A stretch of 64,000 bases of DNA from an uncultured candidate division Zixibacteria bacterium (lineage in GTDB: Bacteria; Zixibacteria; MSB-5A5; RBG-16-43-9): contig OY970208.1 in assembly GCA_963713865.1 (NCBI GenBank), positions 2,016,001-2,080,000 on the forward strand, read 5' to 3'. The first letter of the stretch is position 1. Every line of letters starts with the position of its first letter. The notes below the pieces were generated by a model, which had not been told where the DNA came from, did no database searches, and was given only the letters and a program-made list of their open reading frames with translations. The position numbers and the translations under genes were made by a program. Shown here piece after piece: positions 39,451 to 48,340 of the stretch.

Positions 39451-40908
39451 TTATTCCTCCTTATAACTTAATTTAGTGACCTTGGGGGTCAAAACAATTA
39501 CCAGCTCTGATCTGATTTCTGTTCTCTCATCTCGTTTAAAGAAAAATCCCAGTAGTGGAATATCACCTAAAATTGGAACTTTTTTCTGATTTACTACCTG
39601 TTTGGAAGTGATTAATCCACCCAGGATCACACTCTCTCCATCTTTTACCCCTACGGTCGTACTTACCTCTCTTATATCTAAAATAGGAGCCTTTAAGGTT
39701 TGCCCCTGAAATTCAAACTCTTCCCACTGGTTTATATTTGTAACAATAGGGACAACCTGTAAAGTTACATAATCCTCAGAGGATATAAAAGCCGTAACTC
39801 CCATCAACATACCTAAAAGAGCTGTCTTCTGTTTAGGGATTATTACTGGCTGTCCTATCTGTACCCCTCCTGGTAAGCCGGTTAATTCCCAGTAAACTTG
39901 CACCTGTCCCACATTTATCATTGCAGTCTGCCCGTTCAAAACATTTAACCTGGGTTTAGAAAGTACTTTTACCTTACCATATTGCCCTAAGATGTTGAAT
40001 AGAAAAGAAGCATCCGAGGTAGAACCGCTAAGCTGTAAAATCGAACCAGGCAAGGAAAGTTTTTGGCTGGCCTCAATATTTATCTTATGCTTATCAAGTA
40101 AAACTGAAGTAAGAGCAGACCAATCAATACCATAGGATTTCTGGTCCTGTAAGGTTACCTCTAAAACCTCAGCTTCTATTATCACCTGGCGACCTAAGGA
40201 ATTTTTTACCTGATTAATAAACCCTTCTACCTCTTTTAGATTTCTCTTCCTGTCAGTAACCACCACTATCCCGCTTAATTTATTTATGAAATAGTCTCCT
40301 TCAGAGGAAATCAATTTTTTTACACCATCCTCTATCTGCTTCCACAGATCCATCGACTCTTCATTGGTTTTACCTGAAATCTGAAAACTACCCGTTAACC
40401 CTCCAATATCGGTATTAGTCCCTAAGACATCGCCACCCACATTAATACTTGAAGTTGTTTTGTTCGGAACCTCGCCTATCTCAAATTTCTGGGTGTCAAA
40501 AAGTTTTATGTGCAGAGAAGGACTATTGGTAGAATAAAGATACTCTGTAGTACTTAATATGGTCTCCAGGGCTTCCTCCAGAGTCTGATTCTGAAAACTC
40601 ACTGTTACTGGAACTCTTGGGTTCACCCCTTTCTCCCAGACTATATTTAATCCAGCCTCAGAAGCTATGGGAACCAGGACATCTTCTAAAGGCGTTTCTT
40701 TAGCGGAGAAAGAAAAAAATCTGTTTTTTAAAACCTTACCTTCCATCTCCGGAAGAAGATTTAACTCCGGTGGAAGCTCAGCTACCTTTTCAGCTTTTAG
40801 TGGCTGAAGGCTCTGCGAGCCCTCCTGAATAACGTTCTTAGAGGCACAGGAAAAACTCAACAGAGAAATAAAAACAGATATGAAAAAATACTTTAAAAAC
40901 CTACTCAT
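39451..40908 (-). CDS. mshL: Secretin, MshL type (lipoprotein)
   Basis: Lipobox LSFSC; secretin core RQVIIEAEVLEV, GIDWS, KVPILGDIPLLG. Confidence 0.88.
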   Translation of the reverse strand: MSRFLKYFFISVFISLLSFSCASKNVIQEGSQSLQPLKAEKVAELPPELNLLPEMEGKVLKNRFFSFSAKETPLEDVLVPIASEAGLNIVWEKGVNPRVPVTVSFQNQTLEEALETILSTTEYLYSTNSPSLHIKLFDTQKFEIGEVPNKTTSSINVGGDVLGTNTDIGGLTGSFQISGKTNEESMDLWKQIEDGVKKLISSEGDYFINKLSGIVVVTDRKRNLKEVEGFINQVKNSLGRQVIIEAEVLEVTLQDQKSYGIDWSALTSVLLDKHKINIEASQKLSLPGSILQLSGSTSDASFLFNILGQYGKVKVLSKPRLNVLNGQTAMINVGQVQVYWELTGLPGGVQIGQPVIIPKQKTALLGMLMGVTAFISSEDYVTLQVVPIVTNINQWEEFEFQGQTLKAPILDIREVSTTVGVKDGESVILGGLITSKQVVNQKKVPILGDIPLLGFFFKRDERTEIRSELVIVLTPKVTKLSYKEE

Positions 40909-41629
40909 TTTTACCCCCTTCAAAAGAAGGGACCGGATGATAACCTAAAATCAGATCTCTTCCGTCCCTGGTAAGAACCACTCTATCAGAATTAATTTCT
41001 GAGACTAACCATCCTTCAAACAGATCACCTACTTTAACCCAGGCTTTTTTATTTGCCATGTAAAGTAAGGCTGATTTTTTAACATCACTAATTAGAATAG
41101 CCTTAACCATAATTTTATCTTGACTTTTCGTCTGAGTATTTGATACCGGTTTGGAAGTGAAAACAGGAACTGGACTAAAGCCTTTCTTCATCTTGGCTAA
41201 CTCATCTCTTAACTTCTCCTGCTCCAGAGAATCTCTAAGCAATTCTACCTGCATCTTGATGATCTTTATACTTTCCTCTAATTCCGTGATCCTTCTGTTC
41301 CCGTTTCCAAAAGGATCTCTCCAGGCTTTGAGCATTTGATAAAGAGGAGTCTCTCCAGGCAGTTTCTGAGTTGAATCTGCTTTAGCGACTTTAACTGAAC
41401 TATCCGGAGAGACATTTTCTTTGGTTTGGCTGGCTGGTTGAGTTTGACTTTCTGGTTTTCTTCTTAATTGGGGTCTCTCCACTGTCCTTTTATTTTTGAG
41501 TTCAGCTTTAACTTCTTCTTTTCCTCCTCCGGATATCATTTTAAAAGCAAAGAAACCGATTATCACAACAAGGACTAAGCCAAAAACTAAAAAGACCTTT
41601 TTGTTTTTTAATAACTCTTTAGATAGCAT
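40901..41629 (-). CDS. Pilus assembly protein, PilP/MshK-like
   Basis: N-terminal TM, RDPF motif, C-terminal beta domain VKVGDLFEGWLVSEI; operon position. Confidence 0.6.
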   Translation of the reverse strand: MLSKELLKNKKVFLVFGLVLVVIIGFFAFKMISGGGKEEVKAELKNKRTVERPQLRRKPESQTQPASQTKENVSPDSSVKVAKADSTQKLPGETPLYQMLKAWRDPFGNGNRRITELEESIKIIKMQVELLRDSLEQEKLRDELAKMKKGFSPVPVFTSKPVSNTQTKSQDKIMVKAILISDVKKSALLYMANKKAWVKVGDLFEGWLVSEINSDRVVLTRDGRDLILGYHPVPSFEGGKNE

Positions 41630-41631
41630 CT

Positions 41632-42162
41632 TTAGGAACCTCCCGGGGAAAGATAATATTTAATCCTCAGCTTAAGTTTGCCCGGAATATTAATTTCCTT
41701 TCCACCTAGAGTGAATAAATCCACAATAAAAGGGTATTCCCTGAAATTATCTAATAAGATTATCAACTGGTCATAGGAGGAGTAATTAGTTACTCCCATT
41801 TCAATAGGTATCTCCTTAATCCCTACCAGACTAGGAAAATCGGGACTATTTTTTTCCTGACCAACTTTCACCTGACATTCTAAACTTACCTGACTCATCA
41901 AACTCTGCATAAACTTCTCTAACAGAGCCTTATTCACCTGAGATTCTGCCACATAAGGAACTTCCTGAAGTTTACCCCCTTTTAATCTCCTTAAAGCCAG
42001 AGATTCGCTCAGTCTTCTTACCTCATCCAAATGTGCTTTCAGCCCAACTACACTTACTTTCTTCTGGTTTATCTGGGCTTGCAAAGATCGAATTTGCCTG
42101 ATCCCGAAGAATAAAATCAAGACAATCACTACTACCGCTATTAAAAAGAATTGTTTTTTCAC
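41632..42162 (-). CDS. Pilus assembly protein, PilO/MshJ-like
   Basis: TM, coiled coil, ferredoxin-like C-terminus (SYDQLIILL); operon position. Confidence 0.55.
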   Translation of the reverse strand: MKKQFFLIAVVVIVLILFFGIRQIRSLQAQINQKKVSVVGLKAHLDEVRRLSESLALRRLKGGKLQEVPYVAESQVNKALLEKFMQSLMSQVSLECQVKVGQEKNSPDFPSLVGIKEIPIEMGVTNYSSYDQLIILLDNFREYPFIVDLFTLGGKEINIPGKLKLRIKYYLSPGGS

Positions 42163-42165
42163 TCT

Positions 42166-43515
42166 TTATCCCTTTAAAGTCATATTCACTTTAAATTTTA
42201 AGTTATCCCCTTCCAGTTTGCGTTCCAAGTTTGGACTTGCCCATATAGTTGATTGATTGAAAAGAATCCTTAACTCCTCCGCTCTATAAAAACTCTCGAC
42301 TTTATCTTCCCCTTGAATAATTCCGTTGATTTCCGCGTGCCATTTTTTACCTGCTCTTTTAACTGTCAAGGAATTAAGGGTGATGTCATCCGGAACTATC
42401 CTGGCTAATTCTAAAAGGAAATTAGTCCAGGCTGGCTGTGCCTCAACCGAGTTTGAGACCAACTCAACCGAAAGCTCCTTCAGCTCATTTTCTCTCTTTT
42501 TGATCTCGCCTTGAACCGCTTTTTCATCATCTAAAAGATTTAACCAATCGAGTGAATATTTTAGATTCGCGCCTAAGATAAAAAGAGTTATTCCAACGAA
42601 AACAGAAACTAAAATAGTAGCTACCTTTCTATTTTTCCTCGTTTCTTTAATCGAGGTAGGAACAAGGGAAAACTGGAACTTCTTAGGAGTTAAAAGCGCT
42701 AATCCTAAGCATCCCGGATAAGTCAGAAGCTCTTCATTGGAGCCCTGAAAAATTTCTTCTGCCCACACTGGCACGACCTTCAATTCCACCTTCTTCTTCA
42801 GGGCTTCTAAAAAATCTGAAGGTTTAAAACTACCACCTACCACGATCTTTTCGATCTTATCCTGGGGAAAGTTCTCCGTATAAAATAGAATGGTTTGATG
42901 AATATCTCTAATCAGCCGATCAGTTTCTCCTACCCCTTCCTCCATCTTTAAAGGAAGACCACGGGTTATCCTTATCTCCTTACCCTTAAAGATCAATATT
43001 CGGCTTCTATCCCCAGAGACATCCACAAATGCAACATTTTCATTCTCCTTTAGCTCACCTAATTTTTCTAAAAGGGTTCTTACCGCCATAGGATAAGTGG
43101 TGAAGATAGAGGGCTTCGTCTTTAAATTGGAGAAAAGAGAGACCAGTTCTTCTAAATGTTTTCTCCCTAAGCCTACCACCATAACTTTCGCTTGAGTTCC
43201 TGCAGTCTCCACCTCTACTTGTCCAAGCTCTTCGTATAGGTATTCGGATTCCTCTTCAAATATTTTTTTGGTCTCTTGCTGGATGGAGCTTTTGAAGAGG
43301 TTACCCTTCAGAGGGGGCATGAAAATCGTTTTATGCACAGAACCTTCTATGCTCCCGCATACCCTGATGTCTAATTTTCTCTTTTCTTCGGAAAGATATT
43401 TTGCCAGCTCTTCTCTGCTAAGCTTCAATAGTTTGATAACCTTGATCGTATCCCGATAAGGTTCTGCCAAAACCAGTTTGGCAAGCTCTCCATCCCATTC
43501 AACTGCTAAGATCAA
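42166..43515 (-). CDS. PilM-PilN fusion (MshI/GspL-like)
   Basis: Actin-like N-terminal part (FVDVSG, IVVGG), TM, PilN-like LLELARIVPDDITLNSL. Confidence 0.7.
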   Translation of the reverse strand: MILAVEWDGELAKLVLAEPYRDTIKVIKLLKLSREELAKYLSEEKRKLDIRVCGSIEGSVHKTIFMPPLKGNLFKSSIQQETKKIFEEESEYLYEELGQVEVETAGTQAKVMVVGLGRKHLEELVSLFSNLKTKPSIFTTYPMAVRTLLEKLGELKENENVAFVDVSGDRSRILIFKGKEIRITRGLPLKMEEGVGETDRLIRDIHQTILFYTENFPQDKIEKIVVGGSFKPSDFLEALKKKVELKVVPVWAEEIFQGSNEELLTYPGCLGLALLTPKKFQFSLVPTSIKETRKNRKVATILVSVFVGITLFILGANLKYSLDWLNLLDDEKAVQGEIKKRENELKELSVELVSNSVEAQPAWTNFLLELARIVPDDITLNSLTVKRAGKKWHAEINGIIQGEDKVESFYRAEELRILFNQSTIWASPNLERKLEGDNLKFKVNMTLKG

Positions 43516-43543
43516 TTCTTCTCCTTAATCTTAATTCTTTTCT

Positions 43544-44365
43544 TTAAGGATAGATATCATCGCCCAAACCGCCATCATCTATCTTGTTCGGTCCCGAGGA
43601 ATAGAATTTATTCCCAGTGGGATCCCAGATATATTCAATCCCCCAGGGATCAATTAACTTATCCGCATCATTTATCAAACCAGCTTTAGTTAGTGAAGCC
43701 ACTCCGGTAACTAAAGACCAGTTAATGATCCCGTCCCAGTTTCCCGGTGGATCATTTAGACCTACATCTACAAAGCCATCACCATCATCATCGTTTTCCG
43801 CTAAGATCTGTGACGCCTGGTTTAACACTGCTATTTCTTCCTCAATCTCCCTTCTCCAGGAGATAGCGGCTTCCAATTCTGATTGGGAGATATAGATTAA
43901 AATATCGTCGAAATCAGGATTAGAGCTTTTCTGAGTATATCTTCCATCCGAAACAGTTGTATTCTCCTCGTCAAATCTCAGGTTTCTCCCGGAAGAGATT
44001 AATATTGCTGCAGTAGTTCCAATACTCTTACCATCAACTTTCAAATCTGCCAAAGGATTACCCCCGTTCGTAGCCACATATACGTAATATTTATCTTTAT
44101 AGTTCTCATCTGTTTGGGCTGAAGGAGCCAGTTCTAACTCATTGACTGGCAGGACATAATTTGTATCTGGCGAAGGGAGAACTAAATTCCTCTCATAATA
44201 ATTTAAAATCGCTTTTTTTATCTCCTCCATCTCCTTCTTTGTAGCTCTTTCTTTTTCTAATTTGCTGATCGCCCCATACAAATTAACCACAGATAGAGTA
44301 AGTATACCCATAATCGCTGAAACGATTAACAGCTCTATCAAAGAAAACCCTTTCTCTTTTTTCAT
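43544..44365 (-). CDS. Minor pilin/pseudopilin with prepilin N-terminus
   Basis: KG|FSLIELLI class III signal; GspG-like C-terminal DPWG...SSGPN...DDI. Confidence 0.85.
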   Translation of the reverse strand: MKKEKGFSLIELLIVSAIMGILTLSVVNLYGAISKLEKERATKKEMEEIKKAILNYYERNLVLPSPDTNYVLPVNELELAPSAQTDENYKDKYYVYVATNGGNPLADLKVDGKSIGTTAAILISSGRNLRFDEENTTVSDGRYTQKSSNPDFDDILIYISQSELEAAISWRREIEEEIAVLNQASQILAENDDDGDGFVDVGLNDPPGNWDGIINWSLVTGVASLTKAGLINDADKLIDPWGIEYIWDPTGNKFYSSGPNKIDDGGLGDDIYP

Positions 44366-44531
44366 TTATATTAATCGAAAATTCATTACTGCGTAACTGT
44401 TCAGAAGCCCTGTTGCCCGCCAAGTTTCTTAGCGAAAAAACCTTATTTTCACCCCGCTTCATATTCTTATTTTATTTAGACTCACACCCCCTGAAGAGGA
44501 CTTTCTCCAGGATACTTAAAACTTTTTTTGT

Positions 44532-44559
44532 GGGGATGCACCCGTACGGGTGCATCCCC
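44532..44559 (-). terminator. Terminator/attenuator after the major pilin gene
   Basis: Perfect hairpin GGGGATGCACCCGTACGGGTGCATCCCC about 20 nt after the stop. Confidence 0.65.
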
Positions 44560-44579
44560 TTCTACTTCTTTTTAATCCC

Positions 44580-45098
44580 TTAATCTATGAAGTAGTAAAG
44601 ATCAATCCTCCCTGAGCCAGTATAGACACCATCTGCAGTTATTACTCCGGTGGTATCCACGCCATCATCCAACTGCCGATCTATGTTTCCGGCAACTTCA
44701 GGTGGCAGACTGATGCTGGCATAATTACCCTGGCGGTGAGTAGTCCCAATCATAGACGTGTCAGACCATCCCCACACGTATGTGCCTCCAAACGGGCTTC
44801 TCCGGCTTTGATGCGCTAAGTTCTCAGACTCCATATCGTTCCAGACTGTAGAATCAGCATCAAACTGGCCATTGCCATCCCTATCTCCAGGTAGCTGCTC
44901 AAACTTATCAAAGTAAGTGTAAGCACCAGCATAGAGTCCCTGCAGGTCTTTTACCTGCCTTCTTATCTTGGCGTTATTGATCATCTGGGCACCTCCTAAG
45001 ATGGCACCGATCAGAAGACCGATAATCACCAATCCGATGGCTAACTCGACTAAGGTAAAACCACTCTCTTTACCCAACAGCTTCCTCATTTCCTTCAC
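44580..45098 (-). CDS. Probable major type IV pilin
   Basis: SG|FTLVELAIGLVIIGLL class III signal; strong SD AAGGAGGTG; own downstream hairpin. Confidence 0.88.
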   Translation of the reverse strand: MKEMRKLLGKESGFTLVELAIGLVIIGLLIGAILGGAQMINNAKIRRQVKDLQGLYAGAYTYFDKFEQLPGDRDGNGQFDADSTVWNDMESENLAHQSRRSPFGGTYVWGWSDTSMIGTTHRQGNYASISLPPEVAGNIDRQLDDGVDTTGVITADGVYTGSGRIDLYYFID

Positions 45099-45300
45099 TT
45101 TTATATCACCTCCTTTCTTTTAGGATTTAATGACAACACCGAAAAGGTTTATTCTGATCCGTTGGAAACCAGAGAAGAATCCAAAATCCATAAATTTGCC
45201 TTAAGAAGATGATTTTTTTGATTGGAATATGTTTCCGCTGCTGGGAATCGGTCGGATAATGTTACTTGCAGGCCCCCCTCATACCCGTCCACTTTTTCAC

Positions 45301-45327
45301 TAATCGGAATACCTGAGGAAAACTTGA
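45301..45327 (-). promoter_or_regulatory. Putative sigma28 (FliA-type) promoter for the pilus cluster
   Basis: Minus strand TCAAGTTT-N11-TCCGATTA against consensus TAAAGTTT-N11-GCCGATAA. Confidence 0.55.
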
Positions 45328-45510
45328 GGGAAATACTAATTTTTTTACAGAATAAACTGGATATATAACATCTATTTAATTATAAACATCTCTGTGATGA
45401 AAAACATAAGAGTTATAATAAATATCCTTTTGAAATAATACTTCTTACCGATACTGATATTAATGGAATCAAAAAGTGGAAACTGTTGAATCAAAAGGAG
45501 ACTAAAAAAA

Positions 45511-45762
45511 GTGCCCGGGAAAATAAAACAGCTATTATGGATATTCTTGATCGATACTTACATTATCCTTATATCCTTTGCCTTTTTAAAAGTCCTGGAG
45601 CTTATGTTTAAATCTTTCTGGGCAAAAAAGCTTGTCCTTTTCAAGATCATCGATCTCACCTTCACCCTGCCGGTCCTTTTAGCCTATGCTTTCCTGCTCT
45701 CTTTTGATTTAAGCGAGTGTTTCTTCAGAAATAAATCCGGAAACAAAAAAGATGGACAATAA
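45511..45762 (+). CDS. Small hypothetical membrane protein
   Basis: AAGGAG SD, GTG start, two hydrophobic segments. Confidence 0.55.
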   Translation: MPGKIKQLLWIFLIDTYIILISFAFLKVLELMFKSFWAKKLVLFKIIDLTFTLPVLLAYAFLLSFDLSECFFRNKSGNKKDGQ

Positions 45763-46042
45763 AATACTCGATAATCTGGATATAAAGAAATTTGGCTCTC
45801 CGGAAGTTTTATCTCTGGTCATCTTACGGGTTTTAAAGATAGTCCTTTTCTGCCTCAGTCTTACTTTCCTTTTCTGGCTATTTTTGCTAAAAAGCTATAT
45901 TATGTTTACTCTGCTTTTAGGAGTAGTTCTGGGAAGCGTGGCTGAGATTATAACAAATTCCAGAAAAGGGTCTTTAAAAGACAGACCCGTAGAGGAAAAA
46001 GTTGAAGAGCGGGAGAAAAAAGAACTGGTAACTTCTGAATGA
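45752..46042 (+). CDS. Small hypothetical membrane protein
   Basis: Overlaps previous stop; two TMs and a charged tail. Confidence 0.6.
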   Translation: MDNKILDNLDIKKFGSPEVLSLVILRVLKIVLFCLSLTFLFWLFLLKSYIMFTLLLGVVLGSVAEIITNSRKGSLKDRPVEEKVEEREKKELVTSE

Positions 46043-46327
46043 TTTATTCTTTCTGCTCAAAGCAGTAACCAGGATAAAACACAGAATTTATCTTTTATCC
46101 GAACCTTTTCCCCTAATCAAAAGTCTCAAAATTTTGTTGCCTTTCTTAAATAATCTAACTATAATAAAATTAAAGTTTAGAGTGAACTGGCATCTCGAAC
46201 AAACGCTAAACTAACAATCCGCCTCAGGCGGACAAACTGTATTCGGAGGAGAAGTTTTTGTCTTAAATAGGTTATTATAAAATTTTAAACCGTTTGGCAT
46301 TTTTCTCCAAACGCCAAACTGTATTCC

Positions 46328-46438
46328 GGAGAGATGTCCGAGTCCCGCCTTCGACGGGACAAGCTGGTCTAAGGAGCACGCCTGGTCATCCCGCCAAAAG
46401 CGGGAGATCCTGCTGAAAGCGGTGAAGAGAGCGTGTAG
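46328..46438 (+). pseudogene. 5' partial tRNA-Ser copy with hairpin inserts in the D-loop (46343-46363) and anticodon (46386-46427)
   Basis: Removing the two inserts gives GGAGAGATGTCCGAGCTGGTCTAAGGAGCACGCCTGGAGAGCGTGTAG, identical to the start of the tRNA at 46446. Confidence 0.85.
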
Positions 46439-46445
46439 GAGATAC

Positions 46446-46537
46446 GGAGAGATGTCCGAGCTGGTCTAAGGAGCACGCCTGGAGAGCGTGTAGCCCTTAA
46501 AAAGGGCTCCTGGGTTCGAATCCCAGTCTCTCCGCCA
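46446..46537 (+). tRNA. tRNA-Ser(GGA)
   Basis: GGAGAGA/TCTCTCC acceptor stem, CACGC-CTGGAGA-GCGTG anticodon arm, long variable arm, GGTTCGAATCC, GCCA. Confidence 0.95.
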
Positions 46538-46788
46538 GTTTTTAACTTTAGAATTGACAAATATACCCAAATTGGATAAAATATAATTTTAATTACAAAA
46601 AATAACTATAAAGTTACTAAAAGATTGAAGAAATTAAAATGCAAATTGTAATTTGAAAGAGACAATTTCGATACTTTTGGATTTTAATTATAACGTTGTG
46701 TAGCAGGTAAGCATATCCTAAGGACTGTTTGACAAAAAGAATTTTCTACAAAATATTATGATGACTTCTTTTTGCTAAGGCTTATTTC

Positions 46789-48081
46789 GTGGAGAATAAA
46801 GGATTAGAGTCAAGGTTAGATAATATGATAAATATTAAAGATGAAATAGTAAGGAATATTTTGGACAGCATGTCGGTAACTTCAGAGGGAAATATAGAAT
46901 GGTATAATTTTCAGTCATTAAAATATAATCACTATTCATTATTGCTGTTATCTGATTTGATGCTAGATAATAAATTTCGATCAAGACTTAACGCTTTAAG
47001 ATACTATTTTACTTCCGGAAATGACACCTATTGGGGGATTGAATTAACTTCAGTCTTCAAACAAATGAAGATGGAGAATAAATCAACATTTATAGATTTC
47101 AAGCAAAATTTGGATTCATTACTGCAAAATATTGAGGAGAGTTCAAGACCAGTAAAGTATGAACTGTATTATCCACTAAACATAAAAACAAACAACAAAA
47201 TAGAATCTATTAAATTTAGAGATATTCAAATAGAGATAAAAGATTACGAAGAAGTTAAAAATATATTAGAAAACCCAGCGCTCGAAAAAGAATTAGATTC
47301 TGAAAGACTAACAAAATCAAAATACAAATACATTAAAGTTACATTATGGTCTAGAAATCAGAATTATGCAGAACAAGTTGCAACAAAATACGCCAATTTG
47401 ATCTTGGGTTTTATAGCATATTCACAGAATTACGGACATGCCTTAATTGCGATTGTGGGAATCCCTAAGGAATTAACACGATTAAAACTGAACTATATTT
47501 TTGCTTTCAAGGAGGAATCTTACTCGGGATATTATTATTTTGAAGATAAATCTGACAATAGAGAGACTTATAATTTAAGTGATGATGATATTAGAAACTT
47601 GAATACTTTTGTAAAGCAATTTAATCAAGCGAATAAAAAAAAACAAGAGGTTTTGTTTAAAACAATAAGTTTATATTACTCTGGCTTAACCGAAAAGGAA
47701 ATAAACTACTCTTTTTTGAATTTTTGGAAATCCTTGGAGTTTATTACACTTAAAAAAAAAGGAACACCGCATTTAGAAATTACCAGAAGACTGAAGTCAA
47801 TTATAAAAAATCTAACACCTCTTGATGAATATATAATTGACAGGATTTATTCACTTAGAAATAATTTGATTCATGATGGAGCTTATGATATTTCTCAATA
47901 TGATAGGAATCTCTTAAAAACTTACACGGAAGGTATGATTAAATTTTTCATGTTTCAATTAAGCAAATATGAAATTCAGGAAATACAAACTATTTTCCAA
48001 TTCCTACAGAAGGATAAGGTAACACTTACTAAGAGTAAAGATTTACTTGATTTTGTTATTAAGTTAAAGGGAGAAAGATAA
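46789..48081 (+). CDS. HEPN-domain protein (ApeA-like architecture), putative defence RNase
   Basis: C-terminal FLNFWKSLE...YSLRNNLIHDG (Rx4H); markedly AT-rich; lies just after a tRNA. Confidence 0.7.
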   Translation: MENKGLESRLDNMINIKDEIVRNILDSMSVTSEGNIEWYNFQSLKYNHYSLLLLSDLMLDNKFRSRLNALRYYFTSGNDTYWGIELTSVFKQMKMENKSTFIDFKQNLDSLLQNIEESSRPVKYELYYPLNIKTNNKIESIKFRDIQIEIKDYEEVKNILENPALEKELDSERLTKSKYKYIKVTLWSRNQNYAEQVATKYANLILGFIAYSQNYGHALIAIVGIPKELTRLKLNYIFAFKEESYSGYYYFEDKSDNRETYNLSDDDIRNLNTFVKQFNQANKKKQEVLFKTISLYYSGLTEKEINYSFLNFWKSLEFITLKKKGTPHLEITRRLKSIIKNLTPLDEYIIDRIYSLRNNLIHDGAYDISQYDRNLLKTYTEGMIKFFMFQLSKYEIQEIQTIFQFLQKDKVTLTKSKDLLDFVIKLKGER

Positions 48082-48175
48082 ATGACCTGCTCATTTTATC
48101 AGGTGATCAGACATCTAACCCATTTTTCTTAAAACCAGTAACCCCACCTTGCTCACCAGGTGGGATTATTCGATC

Positions 48176-48270
48176 GTAGAGACGCATCGAATGCGTCTCC
48201 CATAAAAAAACGGATACCTTAAGGTATCCGTTACAAAAAATATTCGTCCGTCAGAAACGTCGGACGCTAC
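48176..48270. repeat. Cluster of GTAG/GTAA-type REPs
   Basis: GTAGAGACGCATCGAATGCGTCTC; AACGGATACCTTAAGGTATCCGTTAC; CGTCCGTCAGAAACGTCGGACGCTAC. Confidence 0.75.
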
Positions 48271-48340
48271 TACTCTTTTTGTCAAGCAGCCCTGAGGACA
48301 TGCTTGACCTACAATATACTCTCTTAAACTCTTTATCCCT

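Noticed and set aside
45099-45300. c-di-GMP riboswitch upstream of the pilin
   Set aside because: GGCAAA is present on the minus strand, but the GAAA tetraloop and GACGCAAAG elements and their pairing are missing.
46328-46438. Intron-containing functional tRNA
   Set aside because: The copy lacks the variable arm, T arm and 3' acceptor strand, and no clear bulge-helix-bulge or group I features are present.
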